Below, piece after piece: positions 37,268-47,362 of a DNA stretch of 64,000 nt. Position numbers and translations under genes: made by a program. Source of the DNA: an uncultured delta proteobacterium (lineage in GTDB: Bacteria; Myxococcota_A; Polyangia; Polyangiales; JAFGIB01). The DNA lies in the NCBI GenBank assembly GCA_963778655.1, contig CAVZVA010000008.1, positions 1 to 64,000 on the forward strand, read 5' to 3'. The stretch's first letter is position 1. Each line of letters begins with the position of its first letter. The notes under the pieces are model-generated. The model searched no databases. It saw only the letters and a program-made list of their open reading frames with translations, and was not told where the DNA came from.

Positions 37268-38617
37268 TCACCCGAGCATTTCCGGCTTCAGCTCGCGCTC
37301 GACGAAGCCGGTGTCGTGTTGTGCGCTGCGGAAGGCTTCGCTCTGCAGCAGCCAGCGCAGCAGCGCGAGGTTGGTGCGAATGCCCTCGATGCGGTACTCG
37401 TGCAGCGCCCGCAGGCTGCGCGCGATCGCTTGCTCGCGCGTCGGGCCCCAGACCACCAGCTTGGCGATCAGCCCGTCGTAGAACGGAGTCACCTGGTCGC
37501 CCGCGTCGTAGCCGCGGTCTTCGCGCACCCAGGGCCCGCCTGGGAAGCGCGCGGCGGTGATGGGGCCGGGGGAGGGGAAGAAACGCTTCTTGGGGTCCTC
37601 GGCGTAGAGCCGGCACTCGAGCGCGCTGCCGCGCAAGCTCACCTCGTGCTGGCGTGCCGAGAGCGGCTCGCCGGCCGCGACCCGCAGTTGCTCGGCCACC
37701 AGATCGAGGCCGGAGACCACCTCGCTCACGCAGTGCTCGACCTGGATGCGCGTGTTGACCTCGAGCAGATAGAACTGCGCCCCGTCGAACAGGAACTCCA
37801 CGGTGCCGGCGCTGACATAGCGCGCCGCCGCCGCCGCGCGCAGCGCGAGCGCGTGGACCTGCGCCTGCTGCGCCGTGCTCAAGCCCGGCGCGGGCGCTTC
37901 CTCGATCACCTTCTGGTGGCGCCGCTGCAGCGAGCAGTCGCGGTCGCCCACGTGCACCAGGTTGCCGTGGTTGTCGCCGAGGATCTGCACCTCCACGTGG
38001 CGTGCGCGCGGGATCAGCTTTTCGACGTACACGTCGGAGTCGCCGAAGGAACGCGCGGCTTCGCGCCGCGAGCTCTGCAGCGCCGGCTCCAGCTCCTCGG
38101 GCGTGCTCACCACGCGCATGCCTCGCCCGCCGCCGCCGCCCGAGGGCTTGATCAGTACCGGGTAGCCGATGCGCTCGCACAGCGCGCGCGCCTCGGCGGG
38201 CTGCAGCGGCGCGTCCGAGCCCGGCGGCACGGGTACGCCCGCGGCCAGCATGATCTTGCGCATGCCGAGCTTGCTGCCGAGCTGCTCGATCACCTCGGCC
38301 GGCGGGCCCACGAAGCGCAGCCCGGCCGCGCTCACCGCGCGCGCCAGGGCTGGGTTTTCGGACAGAAAGCCGTAACCCGGATGCACCGCATCGGCGCCGC
38401 ATTGCTTGGCGGCGGCGATCAGCTTGTCGATCGCCAGGTAGCTCTGCGCAGCAGGCGGCGGACCGATCGGCACGGCCTCGTCGGCCAGCGCCACGAACGG
38501 GAGCTGCGCGTCGGCCTCGGAATACACCGCGACCGAGCGCAGGCCGAGGTCGCGGCAGGCGCGAATCACGCGCAATGCGATCTCGCCGCGGTTCGCGATC
38601 AAGACCTTGCGGATCAT
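37268..38617 (-). CDS. accC: Biotin carboxylase
   Basis: KVLIANRGEIA, HPGYGFLSEN, GGGGRGM, RDCSLQRRHQK, EVNTRIQVEH. Confidence 0.93.
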   Translation of the reverse strand: MIRKVLIANRGEIALRVIRACRDLGLRSVAVYSEADAQLPFVALADEAVPIGPPPAAQSYLAIDKLIAAAKQCGADAVHPGYGFLSENPALARAVSAAGLRFVGPPAEVIEQLGSKLGMRKIMLAAGVPVPPGSDAPLQPAEARALCERIGYPVLIKPSGGGGGRGMRVVSTPEELEPALQSSRREAARSFGDSDVYVEKLIPRARHVEVQILGDNHGNLVHVGDRDCSLQRRHQKVIEEAPAPGLSTAQQAQVHALALRAAAAARYVSAGTVEFLFDGAQFYLLEVNTRIQVEHCVSEVVSGLDLVAEQLRVAAGEPLSARQHEVSLRGSALECRLYAEDPKKRFFPSPGPITAARFPGGPWVREDRGYDAGDQVTPFYDGLIAKLVVWGPTREQAIARSLRALHEYRIEGIRTNLALLRWLLQSEAFRSAQHDTGFVERELKPEMLG

Positions 38618-38624
38618 CGGGCGC

Positions 38625-39596
38625 CTACTGCGCGCCGGCGAAGCTCGCGTTGGTGCCCGCCTCGCCCAGCTCGACTTCCGCGGCCGGGGCGATGCGCGCC
38701 CCGGGCGGCCGCCGGTTCGGGCCCGCGCCCAGCTGTACTGTGCCCAGGCTCGGCACGAACGGCACGATCAGGTACTGCTTGCACCAGTACCACCACACGC
38801 TCTGCTGCAGCAGCACCGGATCGATGTGGGGTGCGATCTTGGCATGCACTTCGGGCAGCTTGCTCCAGTGCATGCCCGGATGCTCGTGGTGGGCCGCGTG
38901 GTAGCCGTTGTTGAACAGCAGGAAATTGAGCAGCCCGCCGACGAAGTTGCGCGAATGGTTGTGCGGCGACCACGGGTCGGTGTGCACGTGCTGCTCGTAG
39001 TTGAACAGGTGGATCGTCCACAGCGAGGTCACTGCGGGCAGCGCGACCGTGATCACGAATACGTAGCTGCCGAGCTTGACGCCGTGCAGCGCCCACGCGG
39101 TCGCCAGCAGCGCGACGTAGCTGCCGATCCAGAACCCATACTGCAGCTGGATGCGGCGGTAGAGCGCGGGATTGCCGCTCTTGGCCTTCTCCAGGAACGC
39201 CTTGGTCGGGTACTGCTGATAATAGGCCGAGACGAAGAAGTAGGTCGCCGCCACCAGCGCGTTGTGCCTGTTGGTGAAGCGCCAGGTGATGGTCGCGTCG
39301 CCCTCGGTGTTGAGATACTTGTGGTGGTTGAGGTTGTGGGTCGGGATCCAGGCGAAGGTCGGGAAGCCGTAGAAGATCGAGATCCAGTTGCCGAAGGCCT
39401 GGTTCATGCGCCGGCTGCGAAAGGTCGGGCTGTGGTTGTGGTTGTGGGCGATCACGCCGCAGGCGATCGCGAAGTAGCAGCTCACCCACCACAGATAGGG
39501 AATCAACGCCGGGCGCGCGTACTGCACGGCGATCAGCGCCGGCGCGATCAGCGTCCACAGGATGGTACGGTAGTCAGCTGCGTGTCGAGGAAGCAT
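38625..39596 (-). CDS. Membrane fatty-acid desaturase family protein
   Basis: Histidine boxes HNHNH, HNLNHH, HAAHH. Confidence 0.88.
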   Translation of the reverse strand: MLPRHAADYRTILWTLIAPALIAVQYARPALIPYLWWVSCYFAIACGVIAHNHNHSPTFRSRRMNQAFGNWISIFYGFPTFAWIPTHNLNHHKYLNTEGDATITWRFTNRHNALVAATYFFVSAYYQQYPTKAFLEKAKSGNPALYRRIQLQYGFWIGSYVALLATAWALHGVKLGSYVFVITVALPAVTSLWTIHLFNYEQHVHTDPWSPHNHSRNFVGGLLNFLLFNNGYHAAHHEHPGMHWSKLPEVHAKIAPHIDPVLLQQSVWWYWCKQYLIVPFVPSLGTVQLGAGPNRRPPGARIAPAAEVELGEAGTNASFAGAQ

Positions 39597-39737
39597 CGGT
39601 GTCCTGAAGGCCCGCGGCAACCGGGCCGGCGCGAGTCGGCCGGGAGGATACAGGAAAGGCCCCCTGCTGAGAAGTCGGGCGCACGGGGTGCCCGGCCGAA
39701 AACCGGCCAAACGGCCGCTTTGGTGGGGTGACTCGGG

Positions 39738-40661
39738 TCAGCGGCGCGCGTGCTTGGCTAGCAGCGCGAACGTGCGCTCGATCGCGTCGGGCTCTTCTTT
39801 CGGCGCGAACGGCGCGGCGTTGAAGTCGGTGACGCCGTGCTCGGCCAGGCGCGCGAGTTGCTCGCCCACCGCATCCTCGTCTCCGACCATGGCGACATCG
39901 GCCGGGCCGGCCGCGCCCTCGCGATCGAGCATCGCGCGGTACGACGGCAGCGAGCCGTAGGTGCGAAACTGCCGCTCCGCCGCCGCCCGCGCCTGCTCCG
40001 GCCGATCGGTCACGCACAGCGGCAGGCCCGCCACCACGCGCGGCGCCGGACGGCCCGCCGCGGCGGCTGCCTCGCGGATGCGCGGCACGATGTGCTCGGC
40101 CAGGGTCTTGGGGCCGGTCATCCAGGTGATGGTGCCGTCGGCCACGCGGCCGGCCAGCGCGAGCATCTTGGGGGCGAGCGCCGCGACCAAGATCGGGCAC
40201 GGCTGCGCGCCCGGCACCGCGAGCGGCGCGTTCACGCGGAACTGCTTGCCGGTGAAGCTGACCCGGCCCTCGCGGATCAGCGGCGCGAGCACGGCCAGGT
40301 ACTCCTTCATGTGCGTGTACGGGGTGGCGTAGGAGAGCCCGAACATGTTTTCGATCACGATCTGGTGCGAGAGCCCGATGCCGAGCAGCAGGCGGTTGCC
40401 GATCGCGGCCTGGGTGGTGAGCGCCTGCTGCGCCATGGCGTAAGGGTGGCGCGGGTAGCTCGGGACCACGCCGGTGCCAACCGCGATGCGGGTGGTGCCG
40501 CGCCCGCAGGCCACGGCGGCGGTGAGCGCGTCGATGCCGAAGATGTTGGCCAACCACACGCTGCTGAGGCCCGCGGCCTCCGCGCGCCGGGCTTGCTCCA
40601 CCAGCCCATCGATCTCTGCTGGACGCCCCGCGATGTCCCCGATGCCGATGCCGATCTTCAT
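39738..40661 (-). CDS. Luciferase-like (LLM) oxidoreductase, probably F420-dependent (MSMEG_4879-like)
   Basis: PRHP..MAQQALT, LGIGLSH, AALAPKML, LPSYRAMLDREG. Confidence 0.85.
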   Translation of the reverse strand: MKIGIGIGDIAGRPAEIDGLVEQARRAEAAGLSSVWLANIFGIDALTAAVACGRGTTRIAVGTGVVPSYPRHPYAMAQQALTTQAAIGNRLLLGIGLSHQIVIENMFGLSYATPYTHMKEYLAVLAPLIREGRVSFTGKQFRVNAPLAVPGAQPCPILVAALAPKMLALAGRVADGTITWMTGPKTLAEHIVPRIREAAAAAGRPAPRVVAGLPLCVTDRPEQARAAAERQFRTYGSLPSYRAMLDREGAAGPADVAMVGDEDAVGEQLARLAEHGVTDFNAAPFAPKEEPDAIERTFALLAKHARR

Positions 40662-40751
40662 CTGCCCTCCGTCTACCGACCACGCCGCCTTGCGCCGCCT
40701 TGGGTGGTGATTAGGTCACGCGCGGCGCGGCGTCAATCCGCGGCTGGCTGC

Positions 40752-40789
40752 TTGGCACGTGCGCCAGCCGCGTCTTATCTTGTAGTACA
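40752..40789 (+). promoter_or_regulatory. Putative sigma70 promoter of a leaderless gene with TGTAGTACA operator
   Basis: TTGGCA (40752) - 18 bp - TATCTT (40776); palindrome TGTAGTACA at 40781-40789 ends on the A of the ATG; no RBS. Confidence 0.55.
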
Positions 40790-41322
40790 TGACGACCAAA
40801 CCGCGACGGCGGCGGCGGGGACCCAGCAAGGACGCGGCCAGCCGCAAGGATCGGCTGGTCCAGACGCGCGTGCCGCGCGGGCTCGAGCACGCGCTCAAGC
40901 AGGAGGCGCAGCGGCGCAGGCTCTCGGTCTCGCACCTGATCCGCAACGTGCTCGAGGACACCTTCGAGCTGGTGGACCACGTGGTGGCCGAGGTGGACAA
41001 CCTGGTCAACGATTCGGTCGGGCTTGCCCAGCAGGTGCGCGAAGACGCGCGCCGTATCGCGCGCAGCGCGCGCGGGCAGGGCGAGGCGCGGCCGCAGCGC
41101 GCGCAGCGCGCGGCAGCACACGAAGGCGGGGCCCGCGAGCCCGAGCCGGCGGGCCCGGAGCAGGCGCTCGACCACGTGTATGCCTGGGACGAGGTGGTGC
41201 TCAACCGCGCGGCGCGCTGCGCGCGCTGCGGCCGCGTGCTCGCCAGGGGCAGCCGCGCGCACCTGGGGCTGACGCAGCAGCGGGACGCCCCGCCCAGCTG
41301 GCTCTGCGCGCGCTGCCTGTGA
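40789..41322 (+). CDS. Ribbon-helix-helix protein with coiled-coil and C-terminal CxxC/CxxC zinc finger
   Basis: LVQTRVPRGLEHALKQEAQRRRLSVSHLIRNVL (RHH pattern); CARC...CARC. Confidence 0.75.
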   Translation: MTTKPRRRRRGPSKDAASRKDRLVQTRVPRGLEHALKQEAQRRRLSVSHLIRNVLEDTFELVDHVVAEVDNLVNDSVGLAQQVREDARRIARSARGQGEARPQRAQRAAAHEGGAREPEPAGPEQALDHVYAWDEVVLNRAARCARCGRVLARGSRAHLGLTQQRDAPPSWLCARCL

Positions 41323-41356
41323 GCCCGGGGGCGAACGGCCGGCGCGCGGGCAACGC

Positions 41357-41385
41357 TTGACATGTTTTGTAATACAAAATATGCA
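41357..41385 (+). promoter_or_regulatory. Putative sigma70 promoter with palindromic operator in the spacer
   Basis: TTGACA - 17 bp - TATGCA; inverted repeat TTTTGTA-A-TACAAAA at 41365-41379 in an AT island. Confidence 0.7.
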
Positions 41386-41414
41386 GAACGCATCCCATCG
41401 CCCTAGAGGTCGCC

Positions 41415-43004
41415 ATGCCCCCTGTCGCCGCCCCGCACGACGCCGCACCCGCCCTGCCGCGCGCCCGCCGCCGCCGTCGCCGCCGCACGCCGAACGCCGG
41501 CGCCACGCCGCTGCCCGACTTCTCGAGCTCCGAGCTGCGGCTGTGGCTGAGCGTCGCCGACGGCGTGCTGACCGCGATCGAGCGCATCGCCTGGGACCTG
41601 CGCGCGCTGACCGAGGCGGCCGCGCAGGCCTGGGACGGCAGCCTGCGCGAGCTGAGCAAGCTGGGCGAGGAGAGCCAGGCGCTACGCGTGCGCCTGCTGC
41701 GCGTGCAGCAGACGGGCTGGATGCTGACCCGCATCGCGGCCGGCTACCGCCTGTTCTCGCTGCGTGCGGCCTTTTTGTCGCGCCAGCGCGCGGCGGCCGT
41801 GCTGGAGCAGCTGCACGTTCGCAGCGCGCTGCGCTTCTGTGAAACCAGCCGAGCCCGGGGCGGCGCGTTTCTCAAGATCGGGCAGCTGCTGTCGGCGCGG
41901 CCCGACCTGCTGCCCGCGAGCTGGGTGCAAGCGCTCTCGGAGCTGCAGGACGCGGCGCCGAGCTTCGGCTTCGAGCAAGTGCGTGCCAGCGTAGAGCAGG
42001 AGCTCGACGCTGCGCTGCCGGCGCTGTTCACGGACTTCGAGCCGGAGCCGCTCGCGGCCGCGAGCATCGGTCAGGTGCACCGCGCGAGCGCGCCAGACGG
42101 CCGGCAGCTCGCGGTCAAGGTGCAGCGTCCCGGTATCGGGGCGCTGGTCGAGATGGACCTCGACCTGCTCGAGCTGTTCGTGGAGGCGATGCACGACGCG
42201 CTGCCCGCGGCCGACTACCCAACCATTGTGACGCAGCTGCGCGCCGCGGTGCTGGCCGAGCTCGACTACGTGAAGGAAGCGCGGGTGACGCGGCGCATGG
42301 CCGAGCTGTTTGCCGAAGTGCCCGGCGTGATCGTGCCCGACGTGGTCGACAGCCTGTCCGCGCCGCGCGTGCTGACCACGAGCTTTGTCTCCGGCCGCAA
42401 GCTCACGCTCGTGCTCGACGAGCTGGCCGAGCGCAGCCAGGCCGGCGACGCCGGCGCGCGCGCCGAGCTCTCGGAGCTGCTCGGTCGCCTGCTGCAGGCT
42501 CACCTGCGTCAGGTGCTGCAGGCGGGGCTGTTTCAGGCCGATCCGCACCCGGGCAACTTCCTGGTGAGCGACGACGGCGCCCTGGTGCTGCTCGACTTCG
42601 GCTGCAGCCAAGAGCTCTTGCCCGAGACGCGGCGCCGCTATCTGGCGTTGCTGCGCGCCTTTCTGGCGCGCGACGAGCCGCGGATGAGCGCGCTGTTCGC
42701 AGAGCTCGGTTTCGCGACCCAGAGCGGCGACCCAGCCACGCTCCACGCATTCACGCGCGCGCTGCTGTCGGAGCTCGCCTCCGCCGCCAACGGCAAGCGC
42801 ATCGAGTGGCCGGATCGCGACGCGCTGCTCGCGCGCATGCGCTCGCTGCTTCACGCAATCGAAGCCGACCCGGTCGTCACGCTGCCGCCGGAATTCGTGC
42901 TGCTGGGGCGCCTGTTCGGGACCCTGGCAGGGCTGTTCACCCACTATCGGCCGGATCTCGACTACGCCCGCCACGTGCTTCCGGTGCTGGCTGTGGTCTT
43001 GTGA
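41415..43004 (+). CDS. ABC1/AarF/UbiB-family atypical kinase
   Basis: KIGQLLS.RPDL, AAASIGQVH, AVKVQRP, ADPHPGN, LDFG. Confidence 0.92.
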   Translation: MPPVAAPHDAAPALPRARRRRRRRTPNAGATPLPDFSSSELRLWLSVADGVLTAIERIAWDLRALTEAAAQAWDGSLRELSKLGEESQALRVRLLRVQQTGWMLTRIAAGYRLFSLRAAFLSRQRAAAVLEQLHVRSALRFCETSRARGGAFLKIGQLLSARPDLLPASWVQALSELQDAAPSFGFEQVRASVEQELDAALPALFTDFEPEPLAAASIGQVHRASAPDGRQLAVKVQRPGIGALVEMDLDLLELFVEAMHDALPAADYPTIVTQLRAAVLAELDYVKEARVTRRMAELFAEVPGVIVPDVVDSLSAPRVLTTSFVSGRKLTLVLDELAERSQAGDAGARAELSELLGRLLQAHLRQVLQAGLFQADPHPGNFLVSDDGALVLLDFGCSQELLPETRRRYLALLRAFLARDEPRMSALFAELGFATQSGDPATLHAFTRALLSELASAANGKRIEWPDRDALLARMRSLLHAIEADPVVTLPPEFVLLGRLFGTLAGLFTHYRPDLDYARHVLPVLAVVL

Positions 43005-43005
43005 C

Positions 43006-43170
43006 CGGGGAGGGCACGCGCCCCTCCCCGCCCTGCCGGCAAAGCCGTCAGGGTCCTACCCCACCGCGGGGCTCGCTCGTGAGCAGCGCGAGCTGCGAGG
43101 TGAGGGTCAATGCGCGAGGCTCTGCCTCGCGCAGAGGGTTTGTGATTCGATCCCGAATCGCGAGCTCTGA
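43006..43170. repeat. Composite palindromic intergenic element (shares modules with 58363-58595)
   Basis: GGGAGGGCACGCGCCCCTCCC, CCCTGCCGGCAAAGCCGTCAGGG, TGCGCGAGGCTCTGCCTCGCGCA, GATTCGATCCCGAATCGCGAGCTCTGA. Confidence 0.8.
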
Positions 43171-43171
43171 T

Positions 43172-44692
43172 TCAGAGGTCGCCGTCGCGCAGCCAGCCGC
43201 CGATACGCTCGCCGATCATCAGCACCGCCAGGTGAATGTTGCTCGAGGGGATGGTCGGCATCAGGCTGGCGTCGGCCACGATCAGGCCCTGCACCCCGCG
43301 CACGCGCCCGCGGGCGTCGGTCGCGGCCTCGGCGTCGTCGTCGCCGCCCATCGGCACCGTGCCGCAGGGGTGGTAGCCGGAGTCGCACGCGCTGCGGATC
43401 CAGTCCTCGGTGCGCCCGCGGTCGCGCAGCACGCGCGCGCTCGGCCAGAAGTGCCGCGCCAGCGCGCGCAGCGGAGGCGTGTGCGCGAGCTGATACGCGC
43501 GCTGCATCGCGTCCACGGCCAGCGCGCGGTCGTGCGGGTCCTCGAGCAGGCGCGACTCGATCCACGGGCGCGCGCGCACGTCGGCGCTGGGGAAGCGCAG
43601 CAGCCCGTGCCCCCGGGGCTTGCCCACCGCGCACATCACGCTGACCAGCGGCACGTCCACGCGCACCAGGTTCACCTTGGACCCGGGCTGCAGCAGCATG
43701 TCGCTGGGATGGCCGCTGCCTTCGGAGGCGTAGCGCAGCACGGTTTGGATTAGCGGATCGCGGCGCGAGGTCTTCGCGAACAGGCGCGGCCGCAGGAAGA
43801 TCGCGGTGCCGGGATGGTCGAGCAGGCGGCGGCCCACCGCGGGCAGCTCTGCCGCCTGCTGCACGCCGAGCCGCTCGAGCTCCGCGCGCGGGCCGATGCC
43901 CGAGCGCAGCAGGATGCCGGGGGTGTTGATCGCCCCGGCGCACAGCACCACCTTGTCGGTCGCGATCGTCTCGACCCCGCCGCGGCCTTCGATCTCGACG
44001 CCGACTACGCGGCGCTCGCGCAGCAGCACCCGCCTGACCAGCGTATCGGCGCGCAGCACGAGGTTGTCGCGAGCGCGCACCGCGGGCGACAGGAAGGCCT
44101 CGGCCGCGCTGATGCGGCGGCCGCCGAGCTTGTTCATCGCGTGCGGCCCGACGCCGTGGCCGTTCGGCGCGTTGCTATCGTAGCACTCCGGGTAGCCGAG
44201 CAGCTTGCAGCTCTCGACGAACGCCGCCTGCCACGCGGTCAGCTCGGACGGGGGATGGCGGCGGATCGGCAGCGGACCGTCGCTGCCGTGCAAGTCGTCG
44301 TGCACGTCGAGGTCGCGCTCGATACGCTTGAACGCCGGCAAGCACTGCGCCCAGCTCCACGACGGCAGCCCGCGCGCGGCCCACTCATCGTAGTCGGCTG
44401 GCTGCCCGCGCAGCGCGATGCAGGTGTTGACCGCGGATGAGCCCCCGACCACGCGCCCGCGCGGCAGGCGAAAGCCGCGTCCGCCCACCACCGGCTGGTG
44501 GTGGTAGCCCCAGTCGTGGTCGCGCATCGAGTTGCGGCCCCCGTCCTGCAAGTCGGGCGGCATGCGCGACGGGTCCGGGTAGTCCGGTCCCGCTTCCAGC
44601 AGCAGCAGCGAGCGCTGCGGGCTCTCGCTCAGGCGCGCCGCGATCACGCAGCCGGCGCTGCCTGCGCCTACCACGATCAGCTCCGCGCTCAC
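43172..44692 (-). CDS. GMC-family oxidoreductase
   Basis: [43 protein letters not shown] overlap with gloA. Confidence 0.92.
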   Translation of the reverse strand: MSAELIVVGAGSAGCVIAARLSESPQRSLLLLEAGPDYPDPSRMPPDLQDGGRNSMRDHDWGYHHQPVVGGRGFRLPRGRVVGGSSAVNTCIALRGQPADYDEWAARGLPSWSWAQCLPAFKRIERDLDVHDDLHGSDGPLPIRRHPPSELTAWQAAFVESCKLLGYPECYDSNAPNGHGVGPHAMNKLGGRRISAAEAFLSPAVRARDNLVLRADTLVRRVLLRERRVVGVEIEGRGGVETIATDKVVLCAGAINTPGILLRSGIGPRAELERLGVQQAAELPAVGRRLLDHPGTAIFLRPRLFAKTSRRDPLIQTVLRYASEGSGHPSDMLLQPGSKVNLVRVDVPLVSVMCAVGKPRGHGLLRFPSADVRARPWIESRLLEDPHDRALAVDAMQRAYQLAHTPPLRALARHFWPSARVLRDRGRTEDWIRSACDSGYHPCGTVPMGGDDDAEAATDARGRVRGVQGLIVADASLMPTIPSSNIHLAVLMIGERIGGWLRDGDL

Positions 44693-45108
44693 CAGCTGCC
44701 CGTGTTCGGCATCGACGCCCAGGGCTCGCGCGGTGGCAGCGCGGCCCCACGCTGCAGCAGCTCGATCGAGATCTGATCGGGCGAGCGCACGAACGCCATG
44801 CGTCCGTCCCGGGGCGGACGCAGGATGGTCACGCCCTTGTCGAGCAGTCGCTGGCAGGTGGCGTAGATGTCGTCGACGGCGTACGCGAGGTGACCGAAGT
44901 TGCGCCCGCCGTCGTAGCTGTGCTCGTCCCAGTTGTAGGTGAGCTCGATCTGGGCGCTCTCGTCGCCCGGCGCCGACAGGAAGACCAGCGTGAAGCGCCC
45001 GGCCGCGTGCTCGCTGCGGCGCTGCTCGACCAGCCCGAGCTTGTTGCAGTAGAAGTCGAGCGACGCATCGAGGTCGCCGACTCGAACCATGGTGTGCAGG
45101 TATTTCAT
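44689..45108 (-). CDS. gloA: Lactoylglutathione lyase (glyoxalase I)
   Basis: [45 protein letters not shown]. Confidence 0.92.
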   Translation of the reverse strand: MKYLHTMVRVGDLDASLDFYCNKLGLVEQRRSEHAAGRFTLVFLSAPGDESAQIELTYNWDEHSYDGGRNFGHLAYAVDDIYATCQRLLDKGVTILRPPRDGRMAFVRSPDQISIELLQRGAALPPREPWASMPNTGSW

Positions 45109-45149
45109 GCGGGCCTCCTGGGTTGGCGGTCGTACCAGAGCCCCGGCGG
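45068..45149. repeat. Direct repeat copy 1 flanking minCDE (gloA 5' end plus upstream sequence)
   Basis: Aligns without gaps to 47453-47534, 63/82 identical by hand count. Confidence 0.85.
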
Positions 45150-45261
45150 ACGCGCCACGCCCGCGGCCGGCGGCCGATGCGGCCCACCCGAATGCGGCCC
45201 CCCGGCTCGATTTCGCGATCAGCCCTTGGTCGCAGCGGTATTTTCCGCGCACTATGGCGCG

Positions 45262-46056
45262 ATGGCGGGCGACTCCGACAAGGCATTCGAGCTTGAAGGC
45301 ATGGTCACCGCGCTCAACGTGTTGCGCGTGCTGACGAGCGACCTCGGCGCGATCGGGTCCGCGCTCACGCTCAAGATCGCGGAGAGCCCCGGGGTGTTCT
45401 CGGGCGCGCCAGTCGTCATCGACGTCAGCGCGCTCGAGCCCGAGCCCGAGCCCGAGGCGGGCGGCGCTGCCAAGGCGTCAACCCCGGCGCACGCGCTGCC
45501 GATCGCCGAGCTGGTCGCGTTGCTCAAGCAGCGCGGCCTGGTCCCCGTCGGCGCCTACGCGCGTACGGACGCGCTCGTGCAGGAGGCGCAAGCTGCGGGC
45601 TTACCGCTGCTCGATGCGCGCCGCCGCAGCAAGCGCGGCGGCACGGCGCGCAAGCCGCAACCGTGGCCGGACCAGGAGCGGCCGCCGAGCCGTGCGCGCG
45701 CGCGCCCAGCGCCGGACGCGTACGGTGCGCTGATGCTCACGCAGCCGTTGCGCTCGGGGCAGATCGTACACGCGGAGCACCGCGACGCGATCGCGCTCGC
45801 AGCGATCAGCTCGGGCGCCGAGCTGATCGCCGACGGCAATATCCACGTCTACGCGCCGCTGCGCGGACGCGCGCTCGCTGGCGCGCGCGGCGACGAGCAG
45901 GCGCGTATCTTCTGCCAGAAGCTGGAAGCGGATCTGGTGTCGGTCGCGGGCGTGTACCTGAGCGCCGATGACCTGCCCGAGGACAAGCGCGGCAAGGCGG
46001 TGCAGATCTTCCTGCGCGACGACGAGCTGGTCGTGGCCGATCTCGTGCCGCGCTGA
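45262..46056 (+). CDS. minC: Septum site-determining protein MinC
   Basis: [38 protein letters not shown]. Confidence 0.95.
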   Translation: MAGDSDKAFELEGMVTALNVLRVLTSDLGAIGSALTLKIAESPGVFSGAPVVIDVSALEPEPEPEAGGAAKASTPAHALPIAELVALLKQRGLVPVGAYARTDALVQEAQAAGLPLLDARRRSKRGGTARKPQPWPDQERPPSRARARPAPDAYGALMLTQPLRSGQIVHAEHRDAIALAAISSGAELIADGNIHVYAPLRGRALAGARGDEQARIFCQKLEADLVSVAGVYLSADDLPEDKRGKAVQIFLRDDELVVADLVPR

Positions 46057-46221
46057 AACGGTGCGCGCTCAGGGCACCTTTGCCCACATCCAACCACCCA
46101 TAACTCCCGGAATTGATTACCGAAAATTTGCGGTTTCGGCGGCGCTCGCGCGAACTCAAGGGAAGCGCGGCGGAACCCGGGCATCGGGTTGCTCCAAGGA
46201 CCAGCGCGCGGAGGCTAGGCG

Positions 46222-47058
46222 ATGGCAAAGGTTACGGTGATCACTTCCGGTAAGGGCGGGGTCGGCAAGACGACCAGCGCGGCATCGATCGCGGCAGGGC
46301 TCGCGCTGACCGGCGCGAAGACGGTCGTCATCGACTTCGATGTGGGTCTGCGCAACCTCGATCTGGTGATGGGCTGCGAGCGGCGGGTCGTCTACGATCT
46401 GGTCAACGTCGTCAAAGGCGAGGCCACGGTGCGCCAGGCCCTGATCAGGGACAAGCGCGTGGAGAACCTGTACGTGTTTCCGGCTTCGCAGACGCGCGAC
46501 AAGGACGCGCTCGATCTCCAGGGCATCGGACGCGCGCTCGATGAGCTCAAGGAAATGGGCTTCGAGCACATCGTCTGCGACTCTCCGGCGGGGATCGAGA
46601 AGGGCGCACACGCGGCGATGTACTACGCGGACGAGGCGATTGTGGTCACCAACCCCGAGGTCAGCTCGGTGCGCGACAGCGACCGCATCATCGGCATGCT
46701 CGACGCCAAGACCCAGCGTGCTGCCCAAAACCTGGATCCGGTCAAGTGCCACCTGCTGATCACGCGCTACTCGGCCAAGCGCGCCGCCAGCGGCGAGATG
46801 CTCAAGGCCAGCGACGTGCTCGAGCTGCTCGGCATCGACTTCCTCGGCGTGATCCCCGAGTCCCAGGCCGTGCTTGCGGCCTCGAACACCGGCGTGCCCG
46901 TGGTGCTGGTGCAGGACTCGGATGCGGCCCACGCGTACACGGATGTCGTGCAGCGTTTCCTGGGCGAGGCCAAGCCGCACCGCTTCCTCGACGACGAGAA
47001 ACGCGGTTTCTTTTCACGACTGTTTGGTGTCGACACGCGCGTTGCGGTGGCGGGTTGA
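46222..47058 (+). CDS. minD: Septum site-determining ATPase MinD
   Basis: TSGKGGVGKTT, DVGLRNLD, DSPAGIE, NPEVSSVRDSDR, membrane-targeting RGFFSRLFG. Confidence 0.97.
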   Translation: MAKVTVITSGKGGVGKTTSAASIAAGLALTGAKTVVIDFDVGLRNLDLVMGCERRVVYDLVNVVKGEATVRQALIRDKRVENLYVFPASQTRDKDALDLQGIGRALDELKEMGFEHIVCDSPAGIEKGAHAAMYYADEAIVVTNPEVSSVRDSDRIIGMLDAKTQRAAQNLDPVKCHLLITRYSAKRAASGEMLKASDVLELLGIDFLGVIPESQAVLAASNTGVPVVLVQDSDAAHAYTDVVQRFLGEAKPHRFLDDEKRGFFSRLFGVDTRVAVAG

Positions 47059-47062
47059 GGCC

Positions 47063-47362
47063 ATGCGCTTTCTGGATCTATTCCTCCGCAGGGACCCGAA
47101 CAGCGCGCAGCAGGCGAAGGATCGGCTGCAGATCATCGTCGCGCGCGAGCGAACCAGCACCGGCGATCACGTGCAGAGCTACCTGCCGAAGTTGCAGCAG
47201 GAGTTGCTCGAGGTGATCGCCCGCTACGAAAAGCTGGACCTCGATCGTGTCTCGGTGCAGCTCGACAAGAAGGGCGATGCCGAGGTGCTCGAGATCAACG
47301 TCGTGCTGCCGGACGAAAAGCCGCAGCGCAGGTCGGTGCGGCGCGGGCTCGCCGTGGCTTGA
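47063..47362 (+). CDS. minE: Cell division topological specificity factor MinE
   Basis: SAQQAKDRLQIIVARER, YLPKLQQELLEVIARY, LEINVVLP. Confidence 0.95.
   Translation: MRFLDLFLRRDPNSAQQAKDRLQIIVARERTSTGDHVQSYLPKLQQELLEVIARYEKLDLDRVSVQLDKKGDAEVLEINVVLPDEKPQRRSVRRGLAVA

Noticed and set aside
43030..43080. GGCAAAGCC...GCGGGG resembling a c-di-GMP-I riboswitch (also near 58390)
   Set aside because: Lacks the GNRA tetraloop stem, lies between convergent 3' ends, and is better explained as a repeat hairpin.
46080..46088. TTGCCCACA as a DnaA box or origin
   Set aside because: Single degenerate match, with no box cluster or dnaA.
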